Assembly: GCA_964291215.2 (NCBI GenBank)
Contig: OZ219790.1
Coordinates: 1,504,001-1,568,000 of the forward strand
From: Alphaproteobacteria bacterium
GTDB lineage: Bacteria > Pseudomonadota > Alphaproteobacteria > MPNO01 > UBA830
DNA length: 64,000 nucleotides
Direction of reading: 5' to 3'
Under the pieces are notes generated by a model. That model was not told the origin of the DNA, did not search any database, and worked only from the letters and a program-made list of their open reading frames with translations. The position numbers and the translations under genes are program-made. Shown piece by piece: positions 20,138-31,283 of this stretch; positions within the stretch are counted from its first letter, which is position 1, and every line of letters starts with the position of its first letter.

Positions 20138-21628
20138 ATGACCCCGGCTTCCGGCGAGGAGCTCCTGTCCGTCGACGAGATGTACGCGGCCGACCGCCTG
20201 GCCGTCGAGGGCGGCGTTGCCGAGATCGAGCTCATGGAGGCGGCGGGCGGCACCGTCGCCCGCGAAGTCACCCGGAGATGGGCGAAGCGCCCCGTCTCCG
20301 TCCTCTGCGGTCCCGGCAACAACGGCGGCGACGGCTTCGTGACCGCGCGGCTCCTCGCCGCGGCGGGCTGGCCGGTCACGGTCGGGATGCTCGGCGCGCC
20401 CGACGCGCTGTCCGGGGCTGCCGCGGTCAATGCCAGGCGCTGGCAGGGCGATGTCCATCCACTCTCGACAGAGATTCTCGGTGGAGCCGGGCTCGTCATC
20501 GACGCCATCTTCGGCGCCGGCCTCGCGCGTCCACTTGCAGGCCTCGCGCTCGAGATCGTGCGCGCCCTCGACGGGCTCGGGGTTCCCTGCGTCGCCGTCG
20601 ATGTCCCGAGCGGCGTCGACGGCGACAGCGGCCTGGTCCTCGGCGCCGCGCCGCGCGCCGACGTGACCGTAACCTTCTTCCGCCGCAAGCCCGGCCACCT
20701 GCTGCTTCCGGGCCGGATGCATGCCGGAGAGACCGTGGTCGCGGACATCGGCATCCCCGAAGCCGTGCTCGACGAGATCCGGCCCCTGACCTCCGCCAAC
20801 CGCCCGGGGCTCTGGCAGGCGGCGTTCCGCTGGCCGCATTTCGCGGACCACAAATACACCCGGGGCCACGCGCTGATCGTCGGCGGGGCGGCGATGACGG
20901 GCGCGGCGCGCCTCGCGGCGCGCGCCGCGAGGCGCGTCGGCACCGGCCTGGTGACCGTGGCCGGAAGTCCGGACTGCCTGAACGCCTGCAGCGCGGACGC
21001 GCCGGGCCTGCTGACGCTGCCGTTCACCACCGCCGAGGAGTTCGACGGCATCCTCGAGGACGAGAGGAAGAATGCCGTTCTCGTCGGGCCCGGCAGTGGC
21101 GTCAACCGGACGATCCACGACGTGACGCTGGCCGCTGCCGTCCGCGGGCGGCGCCTCGTCGTTGACGCCGACGCGCTCACGGTCTTCGAGGCGGAACCAC
21201 GGGAACTGTTCGCTGCGGTCAGGGACCTCCCCTGCGTGCTGACGCCGCATGGCGGCGAGTTCTCGCGGCTGTTCCGGATCCGCGGCGACAAGCTCGCCCG
21301 CGCGCGGCGCGCGGCCGAGATCTCGGGCGCGGTCGTGCTGCTGAAGGGCGCCGATACCGTGATCGCCGCGCCCGACGGGCGCGCCGCGATCAACGACAAC
21401 GCGCCGCCGGAGCTGGCGACGGCGGGAAGCGGCGACGTTCTCGCCGGCCTCGTGGCCGGCCTCATGGCCCAGGACATGCCGCCGTTCGAGGCCGCCTGCG
21501 CCGGCGCATGGCTACACGGCGCCGCGGCGCGGGAGTTCGGCCCGGGGCTGATAGCGGAGGACATCTGCGATACCCTTCCGCAGGTGCTGACGGCGCTGCG
21601 GCGCAACACGGCCCATGGCGGCAGATGA
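20138..21628 (+). CDS. nnr: Bifunctional NAD(P)H-hydrate epimerase/dehydratase Nnr
   Basis: LMEAAG, CGPGNNGGDG, DAIFGAG, DVPSG, HKYTRG, DADAL, TPHGGEF, LATAGSGDVLAG. Confidence 0.94.
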   Translation: MTPASGEELLSVDEMYAADRLAVEGGVAEIELMEAAGGTVAREVTRRWAKRPVSVLCGPGNNGGDGFVTARLLAAAGWPVTVGMLGAPDALSGAAAVNARRWQGDVHPLSTEILGGAGLVIDAIFGAGLARPLAGLALEIVRALDGLGVPCVAVDVPSGVDGDSGLVLGAAPRADVTVTFFRRKPGHLLLPGRMHAGETVVADIGIPEAVLDEIRPLTSANRPGLWQAAFRWPHFADHKYTRGHALIVGGAAMTGAARLAARAARRVGTGLVTVAGSPDCLNACSADAPGLLTLPFTTAEEFDGILEDERKNAVLVGPGSGVNRTIHDVTLAAAVRGRRLVVDADALTVFEAEPRELFAAVRDLPCVLTPHGGEFSRLFRIRGDKLARARRAAEISGAVVLLKGADTVIAAPDGRAAINDNAPPELATAGSGDVLAGLVAGLMAQDMPPFEAACAGAWLHGAAAREFGPGLIAEDICDTLPQVLTALRRNTAHGGR

Positions 21629-21707
21629 CGGTGTGCGGCGCGTAACGCCGGCGGCGCACTGGCCGCCGGACGGCGGGGCACGGAAAACCACGGGGAGTGA
21701 CATCCGG

Positions 21708-22571
21708 ATGAACGGCAGAACAAGGCTCAACGGCATCATTCGCGCGCTCGAGGGCGGCGGGCCGGCATTCACCACCTTCGCGCCGATAGACATCCAGTCG
21801 GCGCTCGCGCTCGCGGGTTCCGCCTATGACGGAATCGTGTTCGAGGGCGAGCACGCGCCCTGGGACATCGTGGCGCTGCGCAATTCCCTCCAGTACATGC
21901 TCGATCCGCGGCGCATCGCCGAGTCCGGGACCGTCGCCCCGCCGGTGACGCCGATGTGCCGAGTGCCGGTCAACGGCGTCGAGAAGGGACAATGGCATGC
22001 CAAGCAGGCGCTCGACATCGGAGTGTACGGCGTCGTCTGGCCGCATGTCAGCACGGTCGAGGAGGCCTACAACGCCGTCGCCGCCTGCCGCTACCCGCGG
22101 CTCGCCGACAAGCCGCTCTACGAGCCCCGCGGCATCCGCGGCGACGGCCCCGCGCGCGCCGCGCGCTACTGGGGCGTCACCCAGCAGGATTATTACGCCC
22201 GCGCCGACGTCTGGCCTCTCGATCCGGGCGGCGAGATCCTTGTCGTCATCCAGATCGAGGACACGGCGGGGATCGCCAACCTCTCCGACATGCTGGAGAA
22301 CGTACCCGGCATCAGCGCCGTGCTGATCGGCGAGGGCGACCTGGGGCAGGAGCTCGGCTATCCGCGCCAGTACAACCATCCGGCGCTCCTCGACGCCATC
22401 GCCGAGATCGTCGACATCTGCGAACGCCATGGCGTCATCGCCGGCCATCCGCACGCCGGCGCCGACAACATGCAGGACCTGCTCGACCAAGGATACCGGT
22501 TCCTGATGGCGGCGCCGCGGCCGGACTACGCCGATCTCGAAACAGGCCTAGAGCTTTCGGGGCGGCGCTGA
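21708..22571 (+). CDS. HpcH/HpaI aldolase family protein
   Basis: FEGEH, CRVP, KQALDIG, PHVSTVEEA, CRYP, G.RG.GP, QIED, IGEGDL. Confidence 0.88.
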   Translation: MNGRTRLNGIIRALEGGGPAFTTFAPIDIQSALALAGSAYDGIVFEGEHAPWDIVALRNSLQYMLDPRRIAESGTVAPPVTPMCRVPVNGVEKGQWHAKQALDIGVYGVVWPHVSTVEEAYNAVAACRYPRLADKPLYEPRGIRGDGPARAARYWGVTQQDYYARADVWPLDPGGEILVVIQIEDTAGIANLSDMLENVPGISAVLIGEGDLGQELGYPRQYNHPALLDAIAEIVDICERHGVIAGHPHAGADNMQDLLDQGYRFLMAAPRPDYADLETGLELSGRR

Positions 22572-22582
22572 CGGGGAACGGT

Positions 22583-23656
22583 TCAGGCGCCAGCGCGCTC
22601 GACCAGCTTCCAGGCGGCGCGCGCGCGGTCGCGGCACAGCTCCTTGAAGCGCAGCGCGTTCGGGGTCGGGGTATTCCCCTGAAGCCCGCGATAGTAGACG
22701 CCCTGGACGATGGCAGCGAGCCGGAACAGGGACAGCACGAGATAGAAGTTCCAGTCAGGGATCCCGCCGATCCCGCGGAGCCGGCAATAGCGCTCGACAT
22801 GCGCCGATTCGGAAGGGATGCCCGTGGCCGCGGGATCGTTGTCGAGAAGGTCGCCGCCGCCGGGATCCGCCCCGTACCAGGGCAGACAGTTGTAGGCGAA
22901 GTCGGCCCACGGGCTGCCGAGCGTGGCGAGCTCCCAGTCGACGACCGCGAGCACCCTCGGTTCGGAGACATCGAAGATCAGGTTCTCGAGCCGGTAGTCG
23001 CCATGCACGAGCGCGGTCAGGCTGTCGTCGGGGATGTTGTCGGCAAGCCACGCCATGAGCCCGTCCATCTCGGGGAGGTCGTCGGTCTGGCTCGCCCGGT
23101 ACTGTTGCGACCACCGTCGCACCTGGCGCGTGCAGTAGCCGCCCTCGCGGCCGAAGTCGCCGAGGCCGGCGGCGCGGTAGTCGATGTCGTGGAGGCTCGC
23201 TATGACCTCGGCCATCGCGCCGTAGATCCGGCCGCGTTCCGAAGGCGCGCATCCGCGGAGCTCGACGCCGCGGAACACGCGCCCGTCGACGAACGCCATG
23301 ACGTAGAAGGCCTGGCCGATCACCGAATCGTCCTCGCACAGCGCCAGCGCCGCCGGCACCGGGACACCGGTGCCGGCGAGGGCCGAGATCACCCGGTATT
23401 CGCGGTCGACGGCATGGGCCGACGGCAGGAGCTCTCCCGGCGGCTTCTTCCTGAGGACGTAGCGCTGCCCGCCGCGGTCGGTCAACAGGAACGTCGGGTT
23501 CGACATCCCGCCGTGATACTGGCCGAGTTCGAGAGGAGGGCTGAAGCCGTCCACGCGCGCGGCCAACCAGTCCTCGAGGGCGCCGCTGTCAAAGCGGTGG
23601 GACGGCTGGACGGGGCCGCTCAGGCCGGTCGCCGTGACGGCTGCGCTTTCTTCCAT
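22583..23656 (-). CDS. Phosphotransferase family protein (ACAD10/11 N-terminal, APH-like)
   Basis: GGMSNPTF, YVLRKKPPG.LLPSAHAVDREYR, LVHGDYRLENL, DWELATLG. Confidence 0.92.
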   Translation of the reverse strand: MEESAAVTATGLSGPVQPSHRFDSGALEDWLAARVDGFSPPLELGQYHGGMSNPTFLLTDRGGQRYVLRKKPPGELLPSAHAVDREYRVISALAGTGVPVPAALALCEDDSVIGQAFYVMAFVDGRVFRGVELRGCAPSERGRIYGAMAEVIASLHDIDYRAAGLGDFGREGGYCTRQVRRWSQQYRASQTDDLPEMDGLMAWLADNIPDDSLTALVHGDYRLENLIFDVSEPRVLAVVDWELATLGSPWADFAYNCLPWYGADPGGGDLLDNDPAATGIPSESAHVERYCRLRGIGGIPDWNFYLVLSLFRLAAIVQGVYYRGLQGNTPTPNALRFKELCRDRARAAWKLVERAGA

Positions 23657-23699
23657 ATCGGCCTCCCTCGCCGGCAAGGCGCGCCGCCGGCCGTGCCAC

Positions 23700-24323
23700 C
23701 TATGCCAGCGGCTTCATCACGTGGGCCTGATATCCGGGGCGCGTGCCCAGTGCCTTGAACCAGCGCTCGAGGTGGGCGTAGGCCTCGCGTTCCACGGGCA
23801 GGTTGTACCAGCGCCAGGCGGCGATTCCGACCGGGATGTCGGCCATCGTGAAGCGGTCGCTGGCCATGAAGGCGTGCCGCGAGAGGTTGTCATCCATGAT
23901 TGCCATCATCCCCGACAGCATGTCTCGGGCGCCGGCTATAGCGTCGGCATCGCGCTGTTCGGGCGGCGTGCGCACGAGCCCGCGAAATAGCGGAATCATG
24001 GCCGGGCTTACCCGTGTCGCCTGCCAGTCCATCCAGCGTTCGGCCGAGGCCCGGACCCGCGGATCCGCCGGACACAGCCCGCCAGCGTCGTGCCGGGCCG
24101 CGAGATAACGGACGATGCTGTTGGATTCCCACAGCACGAACCCGTCCTCCTCGATGATGACCGGCACCAGCCCGTTCGGGTTGAGCGCGAGAAACTCGGG
24201 GGTGGTATTGCCGCCGAATGGGCCGCCAGCATCTTCCTGCCGGAACGGCAGGCCGAGCTCGGCGCAAGCCCAGAGCACCTTCATGACGTTGGAAGAGGTT
24301 CCGCGTCCGATGATCCTGAGCAT
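23700..24323 (-). CDS. Glutathione S-transferase (GstB/YliJ-like)
   Basis: MLRIIGRGTSSNVMKVLW, LNPNGLVP, LWESNSIVRYL, ERWMDWQ, FTMADI. Confidence 0.93.
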   Translation of the reverse strand: MLRIIGRGTSSNVMKVLWACAELGLPFRQEDAGGPFGGNTTPEFLALNPNGLVPVIIEEDGFVLWESNSIVRYLAARHDAGGLCPADPRVRASAERWMDWQATRVSPAMIPLFRGLVRTPPEQRDADAIAGARDMLSGMMAIMDDNLSRHAFMASDRFTMADIPVGIAAWRWYNLPVEREAYAHLERWFKALGTRPGYQAHVMKPLA

Positions 24324-24456
24324 AAGTCCCCCGAAGCTTCTCCGCACCTTGCCCGGACCTGTAATACTGTTCAGCCACGCGGTCGGCAAGAGCGCGAGGC
24401 TCCGGCGGTGCGCCTGCCGCTTGTGGTTGCATACATCGACGAGATCATGCGCATTC

Positions 24457-25988
24457 GTAACTGCTCACCCCCTGGTTCCGGCTTGATGTCGGGGTAGAGT
24501 AATGAACGGGTTTTCGTGGAGATTTGACACTGCAGGCCGATTCGTTTAGTGGTGGTCATCGAGAACGACGGGGACCGCCAGTGGGCTACTTTGGATCGAA
24601 GGCGACGAGCGGGCTGTGCCAGCTGCTTCCGGGGCTCCAGCCTCCGCATGATCTGTATGTGGAAACGCACCTCGGAAGCGGCGCGCTGATGAAGCGCAAG
24701 GCGGAGTACCGGAAGATGCCGCCGGGCGAGCGCCAAGCGATGCTCGCGACGATCATGACCGTCGAGGTCGGGTGATGGCGACGGGCGGCGCGCGAGGAGT
24801 TCGAAGCGGCCAAGACCGCGGCGCTGCCGGCAAGGTGGCGGAAGAGGCCGTGATCCGCGTCTTCGTCATCCTGCTCGACATCATCATCGTCGTCCTTCTG
24901 GAGAAGACCACGCACGAGCCGGAACTCCGGTCTACCGCCGTCACAGACGGACAAGAGCGTGCCGGGAGCAACGGCCCGAAGCCGAACCGGCAGATGGGCG
25001 ACAACCTGCGCAAGATCATCGTCGAGGAGACGGTCGCGGCCTGCGACGCCTGCGGCGCTGACGGCCCCGTCGATCGGGAGCGCCGCACGACATCGTGTTC
25101 GAGGTCGTCGAGCGCCGCGCCGAGGAATGCCCGAAGTGCAAGGGCCGGTTCCCCGACAACATCCCGTGCAGTACGGCATTCACAGGCCCTCGTCATCAAC
25201 CTGCTGGTCGCCCAGATGCTGTCCCTGCGCCGTCGCGCTCGTGCAGGCGATCTCCGGCATCAAGCTCTCCGAGGCCTCGGCTATGCTTTCACGATGCGTC
25301 ATGGGAGGAGGCCGCCGTGGCGCACCTCCTGCAACGCCCGATGTCGACGATTTCGGATCAACAGTAAGTGGCTTCATGTCGTGGGACCCTGACGTGCAAG
25401 TTCCCGCACCGCAAGCGCGGGCAAGAGATCGGCCCGTGCTACAAGGGCGTCCTGGGCCTCGTACATGGGCCAGTGTAGCCACCAGCTGTGCGGCAGCCAC
25501 CTGCTGCGCGAACTGACCTTTGTCGTCGAGGCTACCGCGCGACTGATGAAGAGCCTGCTCCCTGCCACAAGGTCAACAAGAGCGCATCCAAGACCCTGAA
25601 CGACGCCGGGCGCAAGCGCTACCGCATCATCAGGGCGCCAGGGAACTGCCCGACATCCCGACGAAAGGAAAACGTGGACGCAAGTCCGACGCGCACAACC
25701 TGCACGAACGTCTCGTGAAACACGAAAACCTGCGCTTCATAGACAACCCCGACGTCAGCTTCACCAACAATGCCGGAGAACAGAAGATCAGGATGGCAAA
25801 GGTCAAGGTGTCCGGATGCTTCCGCTCCACGCAAAAGCATGGTGCCGGGGCTCAAGCTACCTCACCTCCATGGCCGCACTCGGCTACAACCCACTCGTCG
25901 CCACCCAGATCGCCCTCGACGGAAAAGCCGCAGACATCATCAACGAGCACTACGACCAATCAGAACCCAACTAGGGGTGAGTAGATAC
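24457..25988 (+). mobile_element. IS66-family (ISBst12-like) element, copy 1, with methyltransferase remnant
   Basis: IRs GTAACTGCTCACCCC / GGGGTGAGTAGATAC; 8-bp TSD GCGCATTC (24449-24456, 25989-25996); C..CG/CPKC zinc finger, HQLCGSHLLREL, FTNNAGEQKIRMAKVK.SGCFRS; many frameshifts. Confidence 0.92.
24581..24775 (+). pseudogene. Internally deleted Dam-like (D12 class) DNA adenine methyltransferase, passenger of IS66
   Basis: GTG start; motif X YFGSK and SAM motif I YVETHLGSGA joined at KRK to a tail KRKAE..Y.MPPGER.A.LA.IM.VE; catalytic DPPY region absent. Confidence 0.7.
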
Positions 25989-26236
25989 GCGCATTCCTGA
26001 TAGTGTAGCCGGTGTTGTGGCCGGCAAGCGGCACGGCCGCCAGGCCGTTGCACGTGCGAATCCCGAAACGGAACGCTATGCGTCCGGCATGCCCCGGATA
26101 TCGATACGACGGGTACCGACCGGTTCTGCGACGACATGACAGGAGGAACAAACAACCAGCGATTCGGAACCTTGAGAAACTGCTATAAGTGGCAGGAAGG
26201 TGAGCGAAGGAACACCGTTCACCGGGGAGGCGCCAG

Positions 26237-29200
26237 ATGCTTGCCAAGCTCACGATCCGCAATTTCAAAAGGTTTGGCAAGGTTGAAATCGAGCTGGGCA
26301 ATCCGGTCGTGTTCGTCGGGCCCAACAATTCGGCAAGACCTCGGCCATGCAGGCGCTCGCCCTATGGGATATCGGCGTCAGGCGCTGGAACGAGAAACGG
26401 GCGGGGAGAAGCGCGCCGGAAAAACGTCCTAGCGTGACGGTCAACCGCAGGGACCTGTTCGCCATCCCCCATCCGAGCGCCGTTCACCTTTGGCGCGACC
26501 TTCGTGTGCGGGATGTCAGGCAATCGGACGGTCGTCAGCAGACGAGCAATGTGCGGATCGACCTTGTCGTGGAAGGGATCAACGAGGACCAGCCATGGAC
26601 CTGCGGCATGGAATTCGACTATGCCAATGAAGAGTCGTTTTACTGCCGCCCGATGCAGCTTGAAGACAGCAAGCACCCTGGACGGATGCCGATCCCCGAC
26701 CAAGCGGGCTCCGTACGAATCGCATTTCTCCCCCCGATGTCCGGCCTTGCCGTTACGGAGACTCGGCTCGACCAGGGCGCGGTAAACGTGCGGGTGGGCG
26801 AGGGTCGGACGGCCGAAGTCCTGCGCAACCTGTGTTTCCGTATCCTGGAGGAGAATCCCGATCAGTGGGCTGCGCTGGTGGAACGGATCAAGGCGTTGTT
26901 CGGCGCAACCCTCGAGAAGCCCCGCTATGTGGAAGAGCGGGGCGAGGTCACGATGGGGTACCGGGAGGATGGCCCGGTTTTCGACCTGTCGTCGAGCGGG
27001 CGCGGACTGCAACAGACCCTCCTGATCCTCACCTACATGTACGCCAACCCCGGAGCCGTGATTCTGCTGGACGAACCCGACGCCCACCTCGAAATCCTGC
27101 GTCAGCGGCAGATCTACCGCCTGATCGCCGAGGTCGCCCGGGAGAGCGGCAGCCAGATCATTGCGGCGAGCCACTCGGAAGTGCTGCTGAACAAGGCCGC
27201 GGGAGAGGATACGGTCATCGCCTTCGTCGGCAAACCGCACCAGATCGGAGATGGGCGAGGTCAGGTCCGCAAGGCGCTTGCCGAAATCGGGTTCGATCAA
27301 TACTCTCAGGCCGAACAGACCGGTTGGATGCTCTATCTTGAAGGTTCAACGGATCTCGCGATATTGCAGGCTTTCGCCGAGCGTCTCGGCAAAACCGGCG
27401 CCATCCAAGCGCTGGAGCGGCCGTTCGTGTGTTACGTTGGCAATAGCCCTTCAGCCGCCGCACGTCATTTCCACGGCCTGAGGGAAGCGCGGCCCGATCT
27501 CCAGGGAGTAGCTCTCTTCGACCGCCTGGATCGCGAAACGCCGAATGACCCCGTGCTCAGGTATCTGGTCTGGAAAAGGCGGGCAATCGAAAACTATCTT
27601 TGCACCGAGGCGACTCTCGAAGCCTATGCGCGCGCATCCGCGACGGCAGCAATGCCGATGCCCCTCTTCACGACATCGGAGGTGGACAAGCGACTGACGG
27701 CGATTATGAACGATGAACGAAGCCGTCACCGAAGTCAGCGGGGCCTTGGAGACCCTTGGCAAGGGATCCCCGTGGGACAGCGACGTCAAGGCCAGCGATG
27801 ACTTTCTGACGCCTCTTTTCAGGTATCTACTCACCCCTAGTTGGGTTCTGATTGGTCGTAGTGCTCGTTGATGATGTCTGCGGCTTTTCCGTCGAGGGCG
27901 ATCTGGGTGGCGACGAGTGGGTTGTAGCCGAGTGCGGCCATGGAGGTGAGGTAGCTTGAGCCCCGGCACCATGCTTTTGCGTGGAGCGGAAGCATCCGGA
28001 CACCTTGACCTTTGCCATCCTGATCTTCTGTTCTCCGGCATTGTTGGTGAAGCTGACGTTGGGGTCGTCTGTGAAGCGCAGGTTTTCGTGTTTCACGAGA
28101 CGTTCGTGCAGGTTGTGCGCGTCGGACTTGCGTCCACGTTTTCCTTTCGGCGGGATGTCGGGCAGTTCCCTGGCACCCTGATGGTGCGGTAGCGCCCGGC
28201 GTCGTTCAGGGTTTTGGATGCGCTCTTGTTGACCTTGTGGCAGGGAGCAGGCTCTTCATCAGTCGCGCGGTAGCCTCGACGACGAAGGTCAGTTCGCGCA
28301 GCAGGTGGCTGCCGCACAGCTGGTGGCTACACTGGCCCATGTACGAGGCCTAGGACGCCCTTGTAGCACGGGCCGATCTCTTGCCCGCGCTTGCGGTGCG
28401 GGAACTTGCACGTCCCGACGACATGGAGCCACTTGCTGTTGATCCGAAATCGTCGACATCGGGCGTTGCAGGAGGTGCGCCACGGCGGCCTCCTCCCATG
28501 ACGCATCGTGAAAGCATAGCCGAGGCAGGTTGCCTCGGAGAGCTTGATGCCGGAGATCGCCTGCACGAGCGCGACGGCGCAGGGACAGCATCTGGGCGAC
28601 CAGCAGGTTGATGACGAGGGCCTGGATGCCGATGCCGTACTGCACGGGATGTTGTCGGGGAACCGGCCCCGGGCCTTGCACTTCGGGCATTCCTTGATCT
28701 CGGCGCGGCGCTCGACGACCTCGAACACGATGTCATAGAGGACGCGGCGCTCCCGATCGACGGGGCCGTCGATGTCAGCGCCGCAGGCGTCGCAGACCGC
28801 GACCGTTTCCTCGACGATGGTCTTGCGCAGGGTGTCGCCCATCTGCCGGTTCGGCTTCGGGCCCTTGCTCCCGGCACGCTCTTGTCCGTCTGTGACGGCG
28901 GCAGACCGGAGTTCCGGCTCGTGCGTGGTCTTCTCCAGAAGGACGACGATGAGGATGTCGAGCAGGATGACGAGGACGCGGATGACGGCCTTTTCCGCCA
29001 CCTTGCCGGCAGCGCCGCGGTCTTGGCCGCTTCGAACTTCTCGCGCGCCGCCCGTCGCCATCACCCGGCCTTGCGCTTCATCAGCGCGCCGCTTCCGAGA
29101 TGCGTTTCCACATACAGATCATGCGGAGGCTGGAGCCCCGGAAGCAGCTGGCACAGCCCGCTCGTCGCCTTCGATCCAAAGTAGCCCACTGGCGGTCCCC

Positions 29201-29484
29201 GTCGTTCTCGATGACCACCACTAAACGAATCGGCCTGCAGTGTCAAATCTCCACGAAAACCCGTTCGTTGCTCTACCCCGACATCAAGCCGGAACCAGGG
29301 GGTGAGCAGTTACCTTTTCAGAACCTATTTCAAGAAGCTTGGTATACCGAATTTGCTGCAAAAGAATAAGTTCCACGAACTCGCCGACTACGTTCCCGAC
29401 AATGAAATCGATCTCGAGATTGGCGAAAAGCTGGACGCGATCGCCGGGATCGAGAAGATTGCCATGCCCATGACCGATGGCTAG
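26237..29484 (+). pseudogene. ABC/AAA ATPase with C-terminal TOPRIM-like domain (OLD/AAA_15-21-like); inactivated by frameshift, 7-bp duplication and IS66
   Basis: IRNFKRF, Walker A VFVGPNNS[G]KTS broken by a 1-bp loss, signature SSGRG, Walker B ILLDEPDAHL, ASHS, LYLEGSTDL, LFDRLD, IENYL; C-terminus LFRTYFKKLG...* resumes at 29314. Confidence 0.85.
27823..29313 (-). mobile_element. IS66-family element, copy 2 (inverted relative to copy 1)
   Basis: Same IRs; 8-bp TSD CTTTTCAG (27815-27822, 29314-29321); near-identical to 24457-25988; methyltransferase remnant at 29189-29061. Confidence 0.93.
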
Positions 29485-29876
29485 TCGTCCGCCTTTCGGG
29501 CTGCTGCAATGCTTGTGGAAAACGCTTCGATCCGACATGCACATCCATCGTCAAGGCCGGGGCTTACGGAAATCTCCATGCCTTCGGCGGCAACATTGGC
29601 CAAGCTCCCGGCATCGCACAAGGTGCGCTCTTGTCCGGTATGCGCGGCCGCCTCGATTCCGACCGTCCCGGCGCAGCGCCGCTTCGCCGCCGGATTATGG
29701 TCTCGGTCATCCGGGCCTTGCCGATTCAACCCTTCTGGGAACAGGAGAGTCGGGCCCTTTCCGCATGCTCCTTCCCGAAACCGCGCGATGACATGAGTTC
29801 CGACAGCACGAACGCAGCCCGTTCATCCCGCATCCGCGCTTCGGAACCGGCTGTCGGAAATGGGCCGGCGGCAGCG

Positions 29877-31208
29877 TCAGCCCGCGAGGACTCCGTCGAG
29901 GAGCGACAGCAGGGTGGCGATCACGGCCGATGCCGAGAACACGAAGGCGATGTTCCGCGCCGTGATCAACCGTGTTGGCGGGATCCCGAACATCGCCGCG
30001 CCGGTGGCGATTGACAGGCTGCCGACGGAGATCGCGGTCGACAGGCCCCAGCCCGTGAGCAGCGCCTGCATCAGCACCAGATCGGAGAGCGGTGTCGGGA
30101 TGCTCGTGAACACCACCAGAAGCACGGTCCCCGAGACGATGGCGTGGACGCCGAGGAGCCCGGCAACGTTCATCGCCATGACGACGATGAAGATGATGAC
30201 CCAGGGCGGCGGCGCCTGCCGGGTCAGCCAGTCGAGCAGCCCGGTGCCGGGCAGCGACGCCTCGAACACCAGCCCGAGTGTCGTCGCGAACGTCAGGATC
30301 GAGACCTCGGGCCCAATGCGATGAAGTCCGCGCGCGGTCTCGCGAACCGCCTGCACCGGGCTCGCTCCCCGCTGCGCGAGGAGCACCAGCAGGCACGGCG
30401 TCGGCAGGCCGATGATCAGCGCCTGAAGCGTCGACACTCCGCCTGCGGCCGTCGCCGCAACGACGATCATCGCGGCGACGGCGATCGACGGTGCGACCGG
30501 CGCGAGCGAGCGCAGCGCCGCGACGAAGCTCCGAAGGCCGCTGCGGCGGTCGAAGGCAAAGAACGAGATCAGGATGGCGACCACCGTCATCGTCATGCCG
30601 AGCGCCATGATCTCCCACAGCGGCACGGCGGGCAGGTGCTGGGTGGCGACCGCCATGCCGACGACGAACGGCGACCACAGCGGCACCAGGGACATGCCTC
30701 GAGTGGCGACCACGAAGACCTCGCGCCGCTGCTCGTCCGAGGCATCGCGGCCGAGTATCGGCGCCAGGATCGCGAATACCCCGACCTGGAGGACGGACCC
30801 CAGGAGATGGGTGCCAAGGACGACGGCGCTGTCGCGGCGCTCGGGGTCGAGGGCGCCGAACATGCGCCGCGCGGCGGTGATCTCCGGGCGCTGCTCGGCG
30901 GTGGCGCGAAGAAGCACGATGGTGCTCAGGAAGGGTGCGAATATCGTGGCCCGGGCGAGGCCCTCGGGCACCGCCTCCCAGTGCCCGTAGACGGCGCCGA
31001 GCAGCGCCGTCGCGGCGCCCAGCACGCCGCACAGGATCCGGGTATGCCAAGTCGTCCGCGGCAGCGCGACAAGGACGAAGGCGGCAAGCAGGCCCGCCAT
31101 GACCGGCACCGCGGCCGCGGCACCTTCGGGAAACACGATCGAGAACACGGCGAGGAGCCACAGCACCGCCAGAAGCGCCGTCGCGAGACGTCGGGTCAGG
31201 GCGTCCAT
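29877..31208 (-). CDS. Multi-pass membrane protein, putative transporter
   Basis: 443 aa with about 12 hydrophobic segments, RG....PLWSPF motif; follows the Mo-hydroxylase genes on the same strand. Confidence 0.75.
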   Translation of the reverse strand: MDALTRRLATALLAVLWLLAVFSIVFPEGAAAAVPVMAGLLAAFVLVALPRTTWHTRILCGVLGAATALLGAVYGHWEAVPEGLARATIFAPFLSTIVLLRATAEQRPEITAARRMFGALDPERRDSAVVLGTHLLGSVLQVGVFAILAPILGRDASDEQRREVFVVATRGMSLVPLWSPFVVGMAVATQHLPAVPLWEIMALGMTMTVVAILISFFAFDRRSGLRSFVAALRSLAPVAPSIAVAAMIVVAATAAGGVSTLQALIIGLPTPCLLVLLAQRGASPVQAVRETARGLHRIGPEVSILTFATTLGLVFEASLPGTGLLDWLTRQAPPPWVIIFIVVMAMNVAGLLGVHAIVSGTVLLVVFTSIPTPLSDLVLMQALLTGWGLSTAISVGSLSIATGAAMFGIPPTRLITARNIAFVFSASAVIATLLSLLDGVLAG

Positions 31209-31283
31209 CGCGACGCCGTCAGGCGTCTCCGGAAATCGCGCGGCGGAGGACCTGTCGTCCGTTCGTGCGCCGCCGCTCGCCCG

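Noticed and set aside
26325-26345. Programmed ribosomal frameshift in the ATPase Walker A
   Set aside because: No slippery heptamer; the gene has two further lesions, so mutation or sequencing error is simpler
24457-29313. Composite transposon formed by two inverted IS66 copies around the ATPase gene
   Set aside because: Each copy has its own 8-bp TSD (GCGCATTC, CTTTTCAG) and copy 2 interrupts the ATPase gene, so these are independent insertions
29490-29870. Short ORFs after the ATPase gene
   Set aside because: No convincing RBS or motif; at most an unidentifiable remnant
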